Origin: a virus
DNA: 64,000 nt
Strand: one strand, 5' to 3'
IMG/VR virus record: IMGVR_UViG_3300017774_006254
Coordinates: 1 to 64,000 of that record
Made by a program: the position numbers and the translations under genes. The notes beneath the pieces were generated by a model. It did no database searches and was not told the DNA's origin. It saw nothing but the letters and a program-made list of their open reading frames with translations. Numbering within the stretch: the stretch's first letter is position 1; the number at the start of each line of letters is the position of its first letter. Shown one piece after another: positions 43,849 through 52,196 of this stretch.

Positions 43849-44117
43849 CACTCCTCCTGACCGCGGCGAATGCTCTTCGCGACGTTCTTCTTGATACGAG
43901 GCATGAGCCAACCCCAGACCGCGTAGCCAATTCCAATTCCCGTGGCAACTCCCAATGGAATCGTGAACGCAGGGCGCTTGTACCAAGCAAGGGCGCTGGT
44001 ATCGACTTGCCCAACGCCGTACAAGGGGACAACGCCTGCTGCCGCTGTGCGGACGCCGGTCATGTTCTGTGCGTAAGCCTCACGAGCTTGAGGCGTGACG
44101 AAGTCCTGTGCGTTCAT
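43848..44117 (-). CDS. tail-anchored membrane protein
   Basis: LYGVGQ; TM; IKKNV. Confidence 0.6.
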   Translation of the reverse strand: MNAQDFVTPQAREAYAQNMTGVRTAAAGVVPLYGVGQVDTSALAWYKRPAFTIPLGVATGIGIGYAVWGWLMPRIKKNVAKSIRRGQEE

Positions 44118-45541
44118 CGAAGTCCAGCCTTCCTCGCAAGCTTCTTGGCGTTGCGCGTGATCGACTTGCGGTTGCTCCAGGCGAAGTAGCCACCAATGCC
44201 GATCGCTGCTCCGATCAGCAAGCGTGTCGGCGTGATGAACGAAGGCGAGGCGGGAGCCACGGGCTCTGCTGTGACCTGGCCCATGCCAGCGACAGCCGCC
44301 GAGCTGAAGAGTGCCCCGAGGTCACCCTTCATTGCATTCTGGTCGCGCACCAGCGGACCAAGATGCGCCGCCGCCGCCGCCTGCATCGGAGCGCGAGTGC
44401 GCCTTACGCTCGTCGACAGACGATCGAGGTTCGGAAGCGATCCTTTTGACCGAGCGACCCCCTGAAGGTCTTTGACCGTTGCGTGCATGATGGCATGCGC
44501 GAGCGTGTCTTCGAGCGCCGACTCGGGCTGCTGCCCAAGGTCCACGAGCCGCTTGGCTGTGCTGCCAGTGCGAGCCGCTGTTCCAGCCCCGAGAGAGTCA
44601 GCTGCCTGAGCGACGAACCTCGACCGCTCCTTGGGAGCCAAAGACCTCGCCTCCGTCATGATGAGACGAGCGGCCTTCCGTCCGAAAGCTTCGACGTGGC
44701 TGCGTGGACCAGACTCGCTCTGACGCATCTCTGGCACAGGCTTGGAGACGAAGGGCGAGTACCCAGGCTTGTACGAGTTGACGTTCGTGGCCAGCGTCAC
44801 GCCGCCAGCCGAAGGCTGAACGACACGCCACTCATTCGCGGTTGTGTCCCACATCTCACTCTGTTGGACGCCAAGATCGTCTTCATCCGCGAGGTAGGCA
44901 GGTAGCGCGTACTGGTTTGCGAAGGAGCCGTCACGCGGACGCCACGTAACCCCTTCTTCCATGTCAAACACGCCGCTTCCGATCGTGCTCTGTGTCGAGT
45001 CGTTGAACTCGTAGCTCTCGCGATCGTACAGCATGTCAGAGGGGATTCCCTCGTTCGATGGCTGCTGGTTGCGGTTGCCATGCCAGGACGCTGGGGGAAC
45101 CTGAACGTCATCGTGGACTTCGAGAACTTCTGGCTCGTTGTGCATATCGTCTCGCGCGAACTTTCTGGGCGGGCTCATGTCAACATCGCCGAGGTTTGAG
45201 TCTCGGAGTGCCATGTCCGTCCGTTGCATCGAATGAGGGCGGTAGCCTACCGCGCTTCCTGGGCCCCAAGGATACGAGCCGTAGGTGGTCGCAGCCGCGT
45301 CCGGACTGTCCACGTCGTCTGCGATCTTGAATCGAGACATGCCTTCGACATCTGGAGCTGGAGCTGCGCCGGGGTTCCTTCCTGGAGTCGACAGTGTGTC
45401 TTCCTGAAGGTCGTCATCGAGGAACGATGAACCTTGCCCATTGGGACCACGGGCGTAGTCCTGCGCGTCAAGGTTCGCGTTGCCTCGCATGGTCGGAATG
45501 GCCATGTCGCCATCATCGTCAAACCCGTAATCGTTACTCAT
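44114..45541 (-). CDS. acidic, tail-anchored structural protein
   Basis: Acidic disordered N-half; helical domain shared with the 46252 and 46902 proteins; VAGMGQ; TM; ITRNAKK. Confidence 0.7.
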   Translation of the reverse strand: MSNDYGFDDDGDMAIPTMRGNANLDAQDYARGPNGQGSSFLDDDLQEDTLSTPGRNPGAAPAPDVEGMSRFKIADDVDSPDAAATTYGSYPWGPGSAVGYRPHSMQRTDMALRDSNLGDVDMSPPRKFARDDMHNEPEVLEVHDDVQVPPASWHGNRNQQPSNEGIPSDMLYDRESYEFNDSTQSTIGSGVFDMEEGVTWRPRDGSFANQYALPAYLADEDDLGVQQSEMWDTTANEWRVVQPSAGGVTLATNVNSYKPGYSPFVSKPVPEMRQSESGPRSHVEAFGRKAARLIMTEARSLAPKERSRFVAQAADSLGAGTAARTGSTAKRLVDLGQQPESALEDTLAHAIMHATVKDLQGVARSKGSLPNLDRLSTSVRRTRAPMQAAAAAHLGPLVRDQNAMKGDLGALFSSAAVAGMGQVTAEPVAPASPSFITPTRLLIGAAIGIGGYFAWSNRKSITRNAKKLARKAGLR

Positions 45542-45553
45542 GTCTCTCCTCAC

Positions 45554-46252
45554 TCACTTCAACAGGAAGTATCCGACGCCGAGGGTGGCCACAACTGCGC
45601 TTCCGCCCATCAAATAGAGGCGAATCTGCGCACTGCGCGCGTTGGCCTGGTTGGCTGATGCCTGAGCCGCTGCCGCTGCCTGAGCCATCTGAAGGTTCGC
45701 CTGAGCTTGCGCCGCCGCCGCCGCTGCCTCGCGACTCTCGCGCCCACAGTCAAGCTCTCCTCCAGCAATAGCCGATCCGATGCTTAGTACACCGCCTACG
45801 ATTTGACCGTACACGGGAATGACACTGGCCACGCCACCGACCGTCGACGCGCCGCTCGCAATGCTACATGCGGTAGCTCGGTCATTCGCGGAGAACGCGC
45901 CTAGCGCCTCTGCTCCGTGGATACGTGCCGCATCCATCCGAAGCGACTCGATACCTTCGCCACGCTTGAAGTTCGCGATGGCAAGTCGGATCGCGTCGAA
46001 CAAAGACTGGTCGTTGCCTTTTCCAGACGATACGATCTCCTGGTACATCCGATTGACATGGCGAGCCATGCCAGGAGCGATAGCGTCCAGGCTATTGCTG
46101 ATGAATCTGCGGCGTACATCAACTGGCTTCCGTGCCGCTTTGAGTAGTAGCTGCGAAGCGCGCAGTGATGCGTTCGCAAGTACCGCGTCGTGTTGCGCCG
46201 CGGAACCTACCGTCATGGCCCTTGACGGGCGAGCTGCTAGTGAGTACGTCAT
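45554..46252 (-). CDS. tail-anchored membrane protein, paralog A
   Basis: ASLRASQLL...DQSLFDAIRLAIAN; C-terminal TM. Confidence 0.7.
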   Translation of the reverse strand: MTYSLAARPSRAMTVGSAAQHDAVLANASLRASQLLLKAARKPVDVRRRFISNSLDAIAPGMARHVNRMYQEIVSSGKGNDQSLFDAIRLAIANFKRGEGIESLRMDAARIHGAEALGAFSANDRATACSIASGASTVGGVASVIPVYGQIVGGVLSIGSAIAGGELDCGRESREAAAAAAQAQANLQMAQAAAAAQASANQANARSAQIRLYLMGGSAVVATLGVGYFLLK

Positions 46253-46902
46253 TACTTCAGAGCGATCTTGGCTGCGACAGCTAGCGCCAAAATCCCAGCG
46301 ATTCCGACGCCCGCATAGAGTACCGTGCGATTCGTCTGCGCGCCCGTGTTTAGCCTTGCCATCTCTAGGGCGGCGGCGGCCTGCTGCGCGGCCACTTCAG
46401 CTTGTAGGCGAAGGGTCGGGAGGTTGCAATTCCCAATCGCCGCTCCAGCATTCGCTCCTCCGACGATGGAGGTGTCTGCTCCAGATCGAAACGCTCCAAC
46501 CCAGCCGCCCGTGCTCGCTGAGAGCGAGGCACCTGTGCAGGCAAACGTGTTCGCATCCGCGGCGAAGTCGCCAAGCCCCGACATGCCACGAGCCGCCTGA
46601 CTTCCAGCCCATTCCTGTAGGCGATTGGCGAGCACGAGCCGAATCGCGTCGAACACCGCTTGATCCGGAGTGCGCGTGCGAGAGATGATGCCGATCTTTG
46701 CGATCGCTTCGTCTCCCATCTTTGGCCACAGGTTGTTCAGGCGGTTGCGAAGCCAAGCCATTCTGGATGAAGCGTCAACCTTGGCCATGTGGAGCATGAC
46801 TTCGCTCGCCATGAGCGAAGCTTTGCTCACGAACGGATCTGTCTGAGCAAGCTGCCCCGAGACGACTTGCCCGAGCCCAGCCATTGCTTGTGCGTAGCTC
46901 AT
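46252..46902 (-). CDS. tail-anchored membrane protein, paralog B
   Basis: MSYAQAMAGLGQ; ASLMASEVM...DQAVFDAIRLVLAN; MSGLGD; C-terminal TM. Confidence 0.7.
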   Translation of the reverse strand: MSYAQAMAGLGQVVSGQLAQTDPFVSKASLMASEVMLHMAKVDASSRMAWLRNRLNNLWPKMGDEAIAKIGIISRTRTPDQAVFDAIRLVLANRLQEWAGSQAARGMSGLGDFAADANTFACTGASLSASTGGWVGAFRSGADTSIVGGANAGAAIGNCNLPTLRLQAEVAAQQAAAALEMARLNTGAQTNRTVLYAGVGIAGILALAVAAKIALK

Positions 46903-47234
46903 CGACTTCTCCGACGCGACTTTCGGCCGCTTCTGTTCTTGGTGACACCAGGACGCGCAAAGCCTTGCGTGAACGCAATCACCGGGACAACAACAGGGAG
47001 CATCGCGCCCCCAAGAAACCACGCGAGCGTCCACCCGAGGTCGCCGCGATTCCGCTTGTACCCATGGTACGCAGAAACCGCTGCGCTGATAGTCGAGAGT
47101 CCCCAACCAGCAACCACCATCGCTCCTGTCGGTCGGAACGTGACGGTGATCGGAGACGGAACTGAATCGATCGCCTGTCCGAACGCTGAGAGGCCGATTC
47201 CGGGACCGTCGTAGTAGTTCGTCTTGGTGGTCAT
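46899..47234 (-). CDS. two-TM membrane protein
   Basis: AYHGYKRN between two hydrophobic helices; VTKNRSGRKSRRRSR tail. Confidence 0.65.
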   Translation of the reverse strand: MTTKTNYYDGPGIGLSAFGQAIDSVPSPITVTFRPTGAMVVAGWGLSTISAAVSAYHGYKRNRGDLGWTLAWFLGGAMLPVVVPVIAFTQGFARPGVTKNRSGRKSRRRSR

Positions 47235-47235
47235 A

Positions 47236-47832
47236 TCAGTCAATCTCGAAAATGGTGTATTGCTTGATCCGACGAAGCATATTCCCTGTCCGGCGCCCCG
47301 CAACAGGATCGAGGACCCACCACTGCTTCGTGCGGGGATCTTGAGCACGCGCAAAGACGTGCGTATGAATTTTCGGCTCGCCAGCCAACTGCGGCTTGAA
47401 GCCACAAGTGACAAACTGACCTCGGGCCCCGATTGTCAGACAAGATGTAGCAATCGCGAGAGCGATGTCGTCACAGTCGCAAGCGGCACGCCCCGCAAGG
47501 GCATCAGCCAGAATACGGTCGGGACTGCGAATCAGCTCAACGTGCAGAGGATCGCGCGTGTACCTGGTTGCGTTTCCCCACCAGCGGGAGATCGCGATGC
47601 ACTCGCTCGAATAGTCCTTCGGCCGCACGTTGTTGATGATCTGTTCCGTGTGTCTGCGGAAACTGATACTGCGCTCCCCCTGCAACGCATTCTGCACCAT
47701 CACTCGCGGGTCGACGAGACCCTTTGCGAGGTTGATCATCACGGCAACAGTGTGATCAGTACCTCGGTATGGTTCCGTGGTACCAACTGCGTTGTTGTAG
47801 GTCGGTGAGTATGAGTTTGCTCTGAGCTGCAT
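47236..47832 (-). CDS. transglutaminase-like (papain-fold) cysteine enzyme, putative maturation protease
   Basis: RYTRDP..VELI.SP, CDCDDIA (Cys), HTHVF (His), WWVLDP (Asp). Confidence 0.8.
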   Translation of the reverse strand: MQLRANSYSPTYNNAVGTTEPYRGTDHTVAVMINLAKGLVDPRVMVQNALQGERSISFRRHTEQIINNVRPKDYSSECIAISRWWGNATRYTRDPLHVELIRSPDRILADALAGRAACDCDDIALAIATSCLTIGARGQFVTCGFKPQLAGEPKIHTHVFARAQDPRTKQWWVLDPVAGRRTGNMLRRIKQYTIFEID

Positions 47833-47881
47833 GCAGATACCTGTGCCCAGGCGCCCACATGAAGTCTCGCACGATCTCTAC

Positions 47882-48058
47882 TCAGCGCGCAAGGAAACGA
47901 CTCGACCTTGCCTTGTCCCTGTCACCTGGCCCTGGACGCTCCATCCGCTCGAAGCGAGCCTCAAGTTCTCGTCCAATTGCCTCGCCTTGTCGCATAAGCT
48001 CTGCCACTTCCGCTCTCGTGAGAGTGCGCGGTTTTGAGACTGGCGAGCCTTGCGTCAT
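47882..48058 (-). CDS. small hypothetical protein (below the ORF-track cutoff)
   Basis: 58 aa, MTQGSPVSK..., ATGA-coupled to the upstream ORF. Confidence 0.4.
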   Translation of the reverse strand: MTQGSPVSKPRTLTRAEVAELMRQGEAIGRELEARFERMERPGPGDRDKARSSRFLAR

Positions 48059-48393
48059 CTGGTCGACATCTTCTTGCCGTCACGCTTCAGGAATTTCGGA
48101 GTCTCTGTCTTTCGTTCCATGATGGGACGCGCTTGCGCAATCAACTCCGCACGCACCGAGATCGGTCGCTCGCCCTGCCACGTAGTCACAAGGGTGAACT
48201 GGCCGCCTTCCGGTATCTCGATCGACCGCATCAGCTTCGACGGTATCGTGTAGGTACTACCGTCGTGAAAGCGAACGTGCGCCCGCTCCCCTTGGTACTT
48301 GACAACCATTGCTGGTTTTCGTTCCTCACGCGGGGGAGCGGGCGTCGCATAGCTGCCAAGCCCTCGAAGACCCTTGGAAGTCGGGGCAGACAT
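48055..48393 (-). CDS. hypothetical protein (small beta barrel)
   Basis: LRGLGS near the N-terminus. Confidence 0.55.
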   Translation of the reverse strand: MSAPTSKGLRGLGSYATPAPPREERKPAMVVKYQGERAHVRFHDGSTYTIPSKLMRSIEIPEGGQFTLVTTWQGERPISVRAELIAQARPIMERKTETPKFLKRDGKKMSTR

Positions 48394-48665
48394 TAGGCCT
48401 GCTCGGTCTCCTTCGACTGCACGAAGCCCCAGAGGCGCATCATCTTCATGGGGTCTTGCATGATGGATCGGAATGCCTCCTTGGCCCCAGATGCATTGTC
48501 GCCGACGAGTTCGCCAAGTTCAGCAACGACTGCATCCATCTCCTGCATTTTTTCACGCAGGAGTGAGTCCGGAGCTTCCAAGTTCAAAGCCACGAGAAGC
48601 TCCTCGCCGATGGCGATTGCCCTCATCGCTTTCTCTCCGACGCCCTTCAGCTCTTCTTCGGTCAT
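48393..48665 (-). CDS. hypothetical helical protein
   Basis: Coupled ORF. Confidence 0.55.
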   Translation of the reverse strand: MTEEELKGVGEKAMRAIAIGEELLVALNLEAPDSLLREKMQEMDAVVAELGELVGDNASGAKEAFRSIMQDPMKMMRLWGFVQSKETEQA

Positions 48666-51082
48666 TGTTGCAATCCTGCGGAAATACGAGCAAAAGCTTC
48701 GAGTACGAACTTCTGTCCAGCGGGCGTTGCGCCTGCCGAATTGGGTGCGGTCTCCATGATACCACGAGCGATATCCTCAGGCTTGTAGACGCTCACGACT
48801 TGGCGCAAGGTCGCCGCGGGCCAGTCTCGCAGAACCGCCTCTGCGAACTCTTCTGGTTCGTCCGCATTGGAGACCGCCTTGTGGACCAGCGTGGAGAGGA
48901 GGGTGAGCCCTTGCCGCTCTTGTGAAGTCATCGTGCGCGCGACTCGGGCTGGCGGCTCTGGTGGCGGCGCAGGTGGCTGATCGAAGATCGTCGGTTCTTG
49001 ACGCCGCTCTGGGCGCCTCTCAGGGCGACGCGGTTCTTCTTCTCCGCCGCCTTCCCACGGTGGCCTGCGCCGCGTTGGAAGCGGTTCGGAGCCGTACTGA
49101 CTGGGCTCCGCGAAGTTCTGCGTTGCCGACACGGTCTTCCGGCGCGGTGGCTGTGCGAGGTCGTCCGCGTCAGGAATTCCTTGGCGTCTCGGCGCTACAA
49201 CTGACTGTCTGCGCGGGGGAAGCATGCGTCCTTGCGGCGGCGCTTGCATCGCCGCTTTCGGAACAAGCCCCAGTCCTCCTTGCGGAGTCTCGATCACAAC
49301 CATCTCTCCGTTCGGAGTGTTGACGATCTGGCCGACGGTGTACTGCGGCGCTTGCTGCGGCGCTTGTTGCTGGGGTGCCATCATGGCGCCGATTACCTGC
49401 ATCAGCTGTGGCAGTCTGTCTGTCACACCTTCGGCAAGTTGCGTCTTCCAGTCGTCGCCCGTTGGAGGAGAGATTCCGCCGCCACTGCTTCCGCCGCTGT
49501 TCGACGGCACGCCGAAAGCGTCCCGAAGCTCGTTCGTCTTGTGGAGCAGGGCGATCGGATCGCTGTTGTCAACCATGCGACTCTTCATGTCGGCGCCTTC
49601 ACTTCGAAGGCGATCGATCTCCTGCTGAAGCCATCCAGCGCGGTTCTCCATGCTCGCGACGACTGTCTGGTGACGGCTCTCCCAGTTCTGGTTTGTCGTG
49701 GAAAGCTGCATTTCCATGCGGTCCTTCCACGCGCGGTCTGACGCCTCGTTCAATTCTCGATGACGCTCTTGGTCGCGGCGACGCTCTTCGCGTTCGTTCT
49801 TGAGCAGGTCTTCGATGCGTTCTTCACGGCGCTTCGCCTCGGTCCTGTCTGCTGCAAGCTCTCGTTGATGGCTCTCACGCATCGAAGAGAGTTCTTGCGC
49901 GTGCGACTGCCGCATCGAGTTGACCAGGTTGTCGTGCTGCTTCGACTGCGTTTCCAGCAGTTGCTGTGTCTGCGCGCGAACAGCTTCGAGATCGGTCTGG
50001 TGCTTTGACAGCACGCTTTCCAGCATGCGCTCGGCGGACTTACCGCTCTCCCCCTTGTCACCGCTGCCTTGCATCAGCGCGAAGATGTTTTTGATTGTTT
50101 CAGAGGGCGATTCGCGCTGACGGTCCATTTCTTCCTGTCTCTCTCGGATGATTTTCATCTCCGCTGCCTGAACGCTCAGCTGTTCCTGGAGATACCGACG
50201 CTCCAGTTCAGAGCGCTCTTTTTCCGCCCTCACCAGATCGTCCGCGCGTTGCCGTTCCATGTCGATCAGGGGGCGCATGTTTGCTGTCGCGATCTCAGCC
50301 ATCTTCGACGCGCGCTCCTCAGAGCGAATGCGTTCCTGACGTTCGTCCTTGGCCAACTCAGTTGCCATTTTCATGGCCACTTCTGTCGACTTCGGATTCT
50401 CGGCTGCGGGATAGTGCATCTGTGGGATGGATGCTGCTGCCGCCGACTCGCGAGCGGCCACGGCTGCTGCGCCGTTCTGAATCGCCCTCGGCTGACGATT
50501 AGAATTCGGGTCTCCAGCCAAAGAGATCGTGATCGAGTCGTAGTGCTTGAGCACTTGCGGCTTGTCTGGGGTCGGGCCCATCACGACGATGCGATACACG
50601 CCGCCGCCGTACTCGGACATCAGGAACTCTTCAGTGAGAACCTGCTGCCACGTGTCGTAGTACCCATCTGCCTTGATCCCGCCAGGAAAAATCTTTGGCC
50701 AATTCCTGTAGAGGTAGAGGCAATACTCGGTTGTCTGCCCGATGTTGTACTTGGACATCAAGTCGCCGAGAGACTTCTCTTTCTCGACAACTTTCATCAC
50801 TTTCTGCGGAGGAAGGATGGCATCCAGAACTTCGGAAGAAACCGTCTCCTTGGGCTCTCTCACCCTCGGCGCACGCCTTGGCTTCGGTGCTTCCTCGGCG
50901 TCGATGTCCTGCACCTTCTCCTCTTCGTCATCCTCTTCCTCCTCGTCGTCGTCCTCTTCGCGAGCGCGTACTCGCGAAGGCGGAAGACTTTGAGGTGCCG
51001 TGACAACACGTCGTGTTCCAGCTCCAGAAGCGCGAGACGCGATGTCTGCAACTTCGTCGTCGATATCAAACATCGTCGACAT
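48662..51082 (-). CDS. large coiled-coil protein
   Basis: About 806 aa: acidic N-terminus, small globular domain, long E/R/Q-rich coiled coil, Pro-rich C-terminal part. Confidence 0.8.
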   Translation of the reverse strand: MSTMFDIDDEVADIASRASGAGTRRVVTAPQSLPPSRVRAREEDDDEEEEDDEEEKVQDIDAEEAPKPRRAPRVREPKETVSSEVLDAILPPQKVMKVVEKEKSLGDLMSKYNIGQTTEYCLYLYRNWPKIFPGGIKADGYYDTWQQVLTEEFLMSEYGGGVYRIVVMGPTPDKPQVLKHYDSITISLAGDPNSNRQPRAIQNGAAAVAARESAAAASIPQMHYPAAENPKSTEVAMKMATELAKDERQERIRSEERASKMAEIATANMRPLIDMERQRADDLVRAEKERSELERRYLQEQLSVQAAEMKIIRERQEEMDRQRESPSETIKNIFALMQGSGDKGESGKSAERMLESVLSKHQTDLEAVRAQTQQLLETQSKQHDNLVNSMRQSHAQELSSMRESHQRELAADRTEAKRREERIEDLLKNEREERRRDQERHRELNEASDRAWKDRMEMQLSTTNQNWESRHQTVVASMENRAGWLQQEIDRLRSEGADMKSRMVDNSDPIALLHKTNELRDAFGVPSNSGGSSGGGISPPTGDDWKTQLAEGVTDRLPQLMQVIGAMMAPQQQAPQQAPQYTVGQIVNTPNGEMVVIETPQGGLGLVPKAAMQAPPQGRMLPPRRQSVVAPRRQGIPDADDLAQPPRRKTVSATQNFAEPSQYGSEPLPTRRRPPWEGGGEEEPRRPERRPERRQEPTIFDQPPAPPPEPPARVARTMTSQERQGLTLLSTLVHKAVSNADEPEEFAEAVLRDWPAATLRQVVSVYKPEDIARGIMETAPNSAGATPAGQKFVLEAFARISAGLQQ

Positions 51083-51632
51083 TTTCACTCACTTCTGACG
51101 AGTCCGCGGCGGCATCGCCTGAGGCAGCTTCCGGCTCCGCATCGCCCTCAGTGGGCTTCTCGTCGTCTCGCGTGCCCATCAGATCTTCTGCAAGATCCTC
51201 GATGCTCTCGCTGCAACGGTTGAAGGCCGCCTGAAGCTCCTCGTCGTCAGGGTACTTCTTCTGAAGAAGAGAGCCTAGCGCGAAGAAGTCTTCCTCAAGC
51301 GCTTCCAGAGCTTCAGCACCGGGGACAATCAGCTCGCCGTTGGCCCCCTCGACAGGAGTGCCGAGCTTCGCCAGTGCGCCGCCGTACACCTGGCGCATGC
51401 TCAAGACCTGCTCTTCGGTGCTCACCGCGAGGGTGTAGATGTCGAAGAGGCCCTGGCCCATGAGCGTGACGATGTCTTGCAGGCGCGGGTAGAGGAACTG
51501 CGCGAGGAACGCCTTGAGCTGCTCCGGCTTGGCGAACTCCTTGTCGCGGACAAGCTTCTGACGATCTTCCTTGAGCTTGCCGATCAGGTTGACGAATTCT
51601 GGAGCGAGGGGGACTTCGTTTTCTTGCGCCAT
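51066..51632 (-). CDS. acidic helical protein
   Basis: Start refined to MAQENEV. Confidence 0.65.
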   Translation of the reverse strand: MAQENEVPLAPEFVNLIGKLKEDRQKLVRDKEFAKPEQLKAFLAQFLYPRLQDIVTLMGQGLFDIYTLAVSTEEQVLSMRQVYGGALAKLGTPVEGANGELIVPGAEALEALEEDFFALGSLLQKKYPDDEELQAAFNRCSESIEDLAEDLMGTRDDEKPTEGDAEPEAASGDAAADSSEVSENVDDV

Positions 51633-51664
51633 TTTGGACTCTTCTTTCTGATGGATCTGGTGGA

Positions 51665-52189
51665 CTAAAAATCGAGCTTTCCGCTCTTTTCTGAGGTTTC
51701 GGCCGCCAGGTCTTTCTGACGCTGGCGGAAGTCTCGAACGATGCGAATCGAGACGAGATCTTGCGGGCTCCGAGCGTTGCACGCGTAGACGTTTCCGCGG
51801 TGCTCCCACTGTTCGGATCCAGTGGCGAGCCAGCGGCAAAACTGCCGAATCTGGCGCATCTCGCCAAAGCCTTTTGCGACGCCATCAGCTGGCAACACGA
51901 GCGTGACCAAGTGCACGCACTCGGGGCGCGTTCCGTCGGATGACTCTGCGCAGATGAAATTGGCGTCCGTAAGGCCGTCTTCTTGTTCTGGAGGGCCATC
52001 TCCACCGACAGCAGGCATGCCGTCCGCTGCCATGCTGACTCCGACGAATCCGGTCTTGTAGTATTTTGACGAGTCGACCTCCATGCGCTGCTGGCCGTGG
52101 TGTCCGACCTCGGTTTCGCTCAGATCTCCTGGCTGATCTCCGCTTTCAGGCGAGTTGGGGTCGAAGATGCCGTTCTCGTTGGGATTCAT
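51665..52189 (-). CDS. Cys-containing hypothetical protein; first gene of the leftward module
   Basis: Start refined to MNPNENG; four spaced Cys residues. Confidence 0.6.
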   Translation of the reverse strand: MNPNENGIFDPNSPESGDQPGDLSETEVGHHGQQRMEVDSSKYYKTGFVGVSMAADGMPAVGGDGPPEQEDGLTDANFICAESSDGTRPECVHLVTLVLPADGVAKGFGEMRQIRQFCRWLATGSEQWEHRGNVYACNARSPQDLVSIRIVRDFRQRQKDLAAETSEKSGKLDF

Positions 52190-52196
52190 CTGGCCG

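Noticed and set aside
48662-51082. Tail tape-measure protein or SMC ATPase
   Set aside because: No Walker motifs, no flanking tail genes, and charged rather than Ala/Gly-rich composition.
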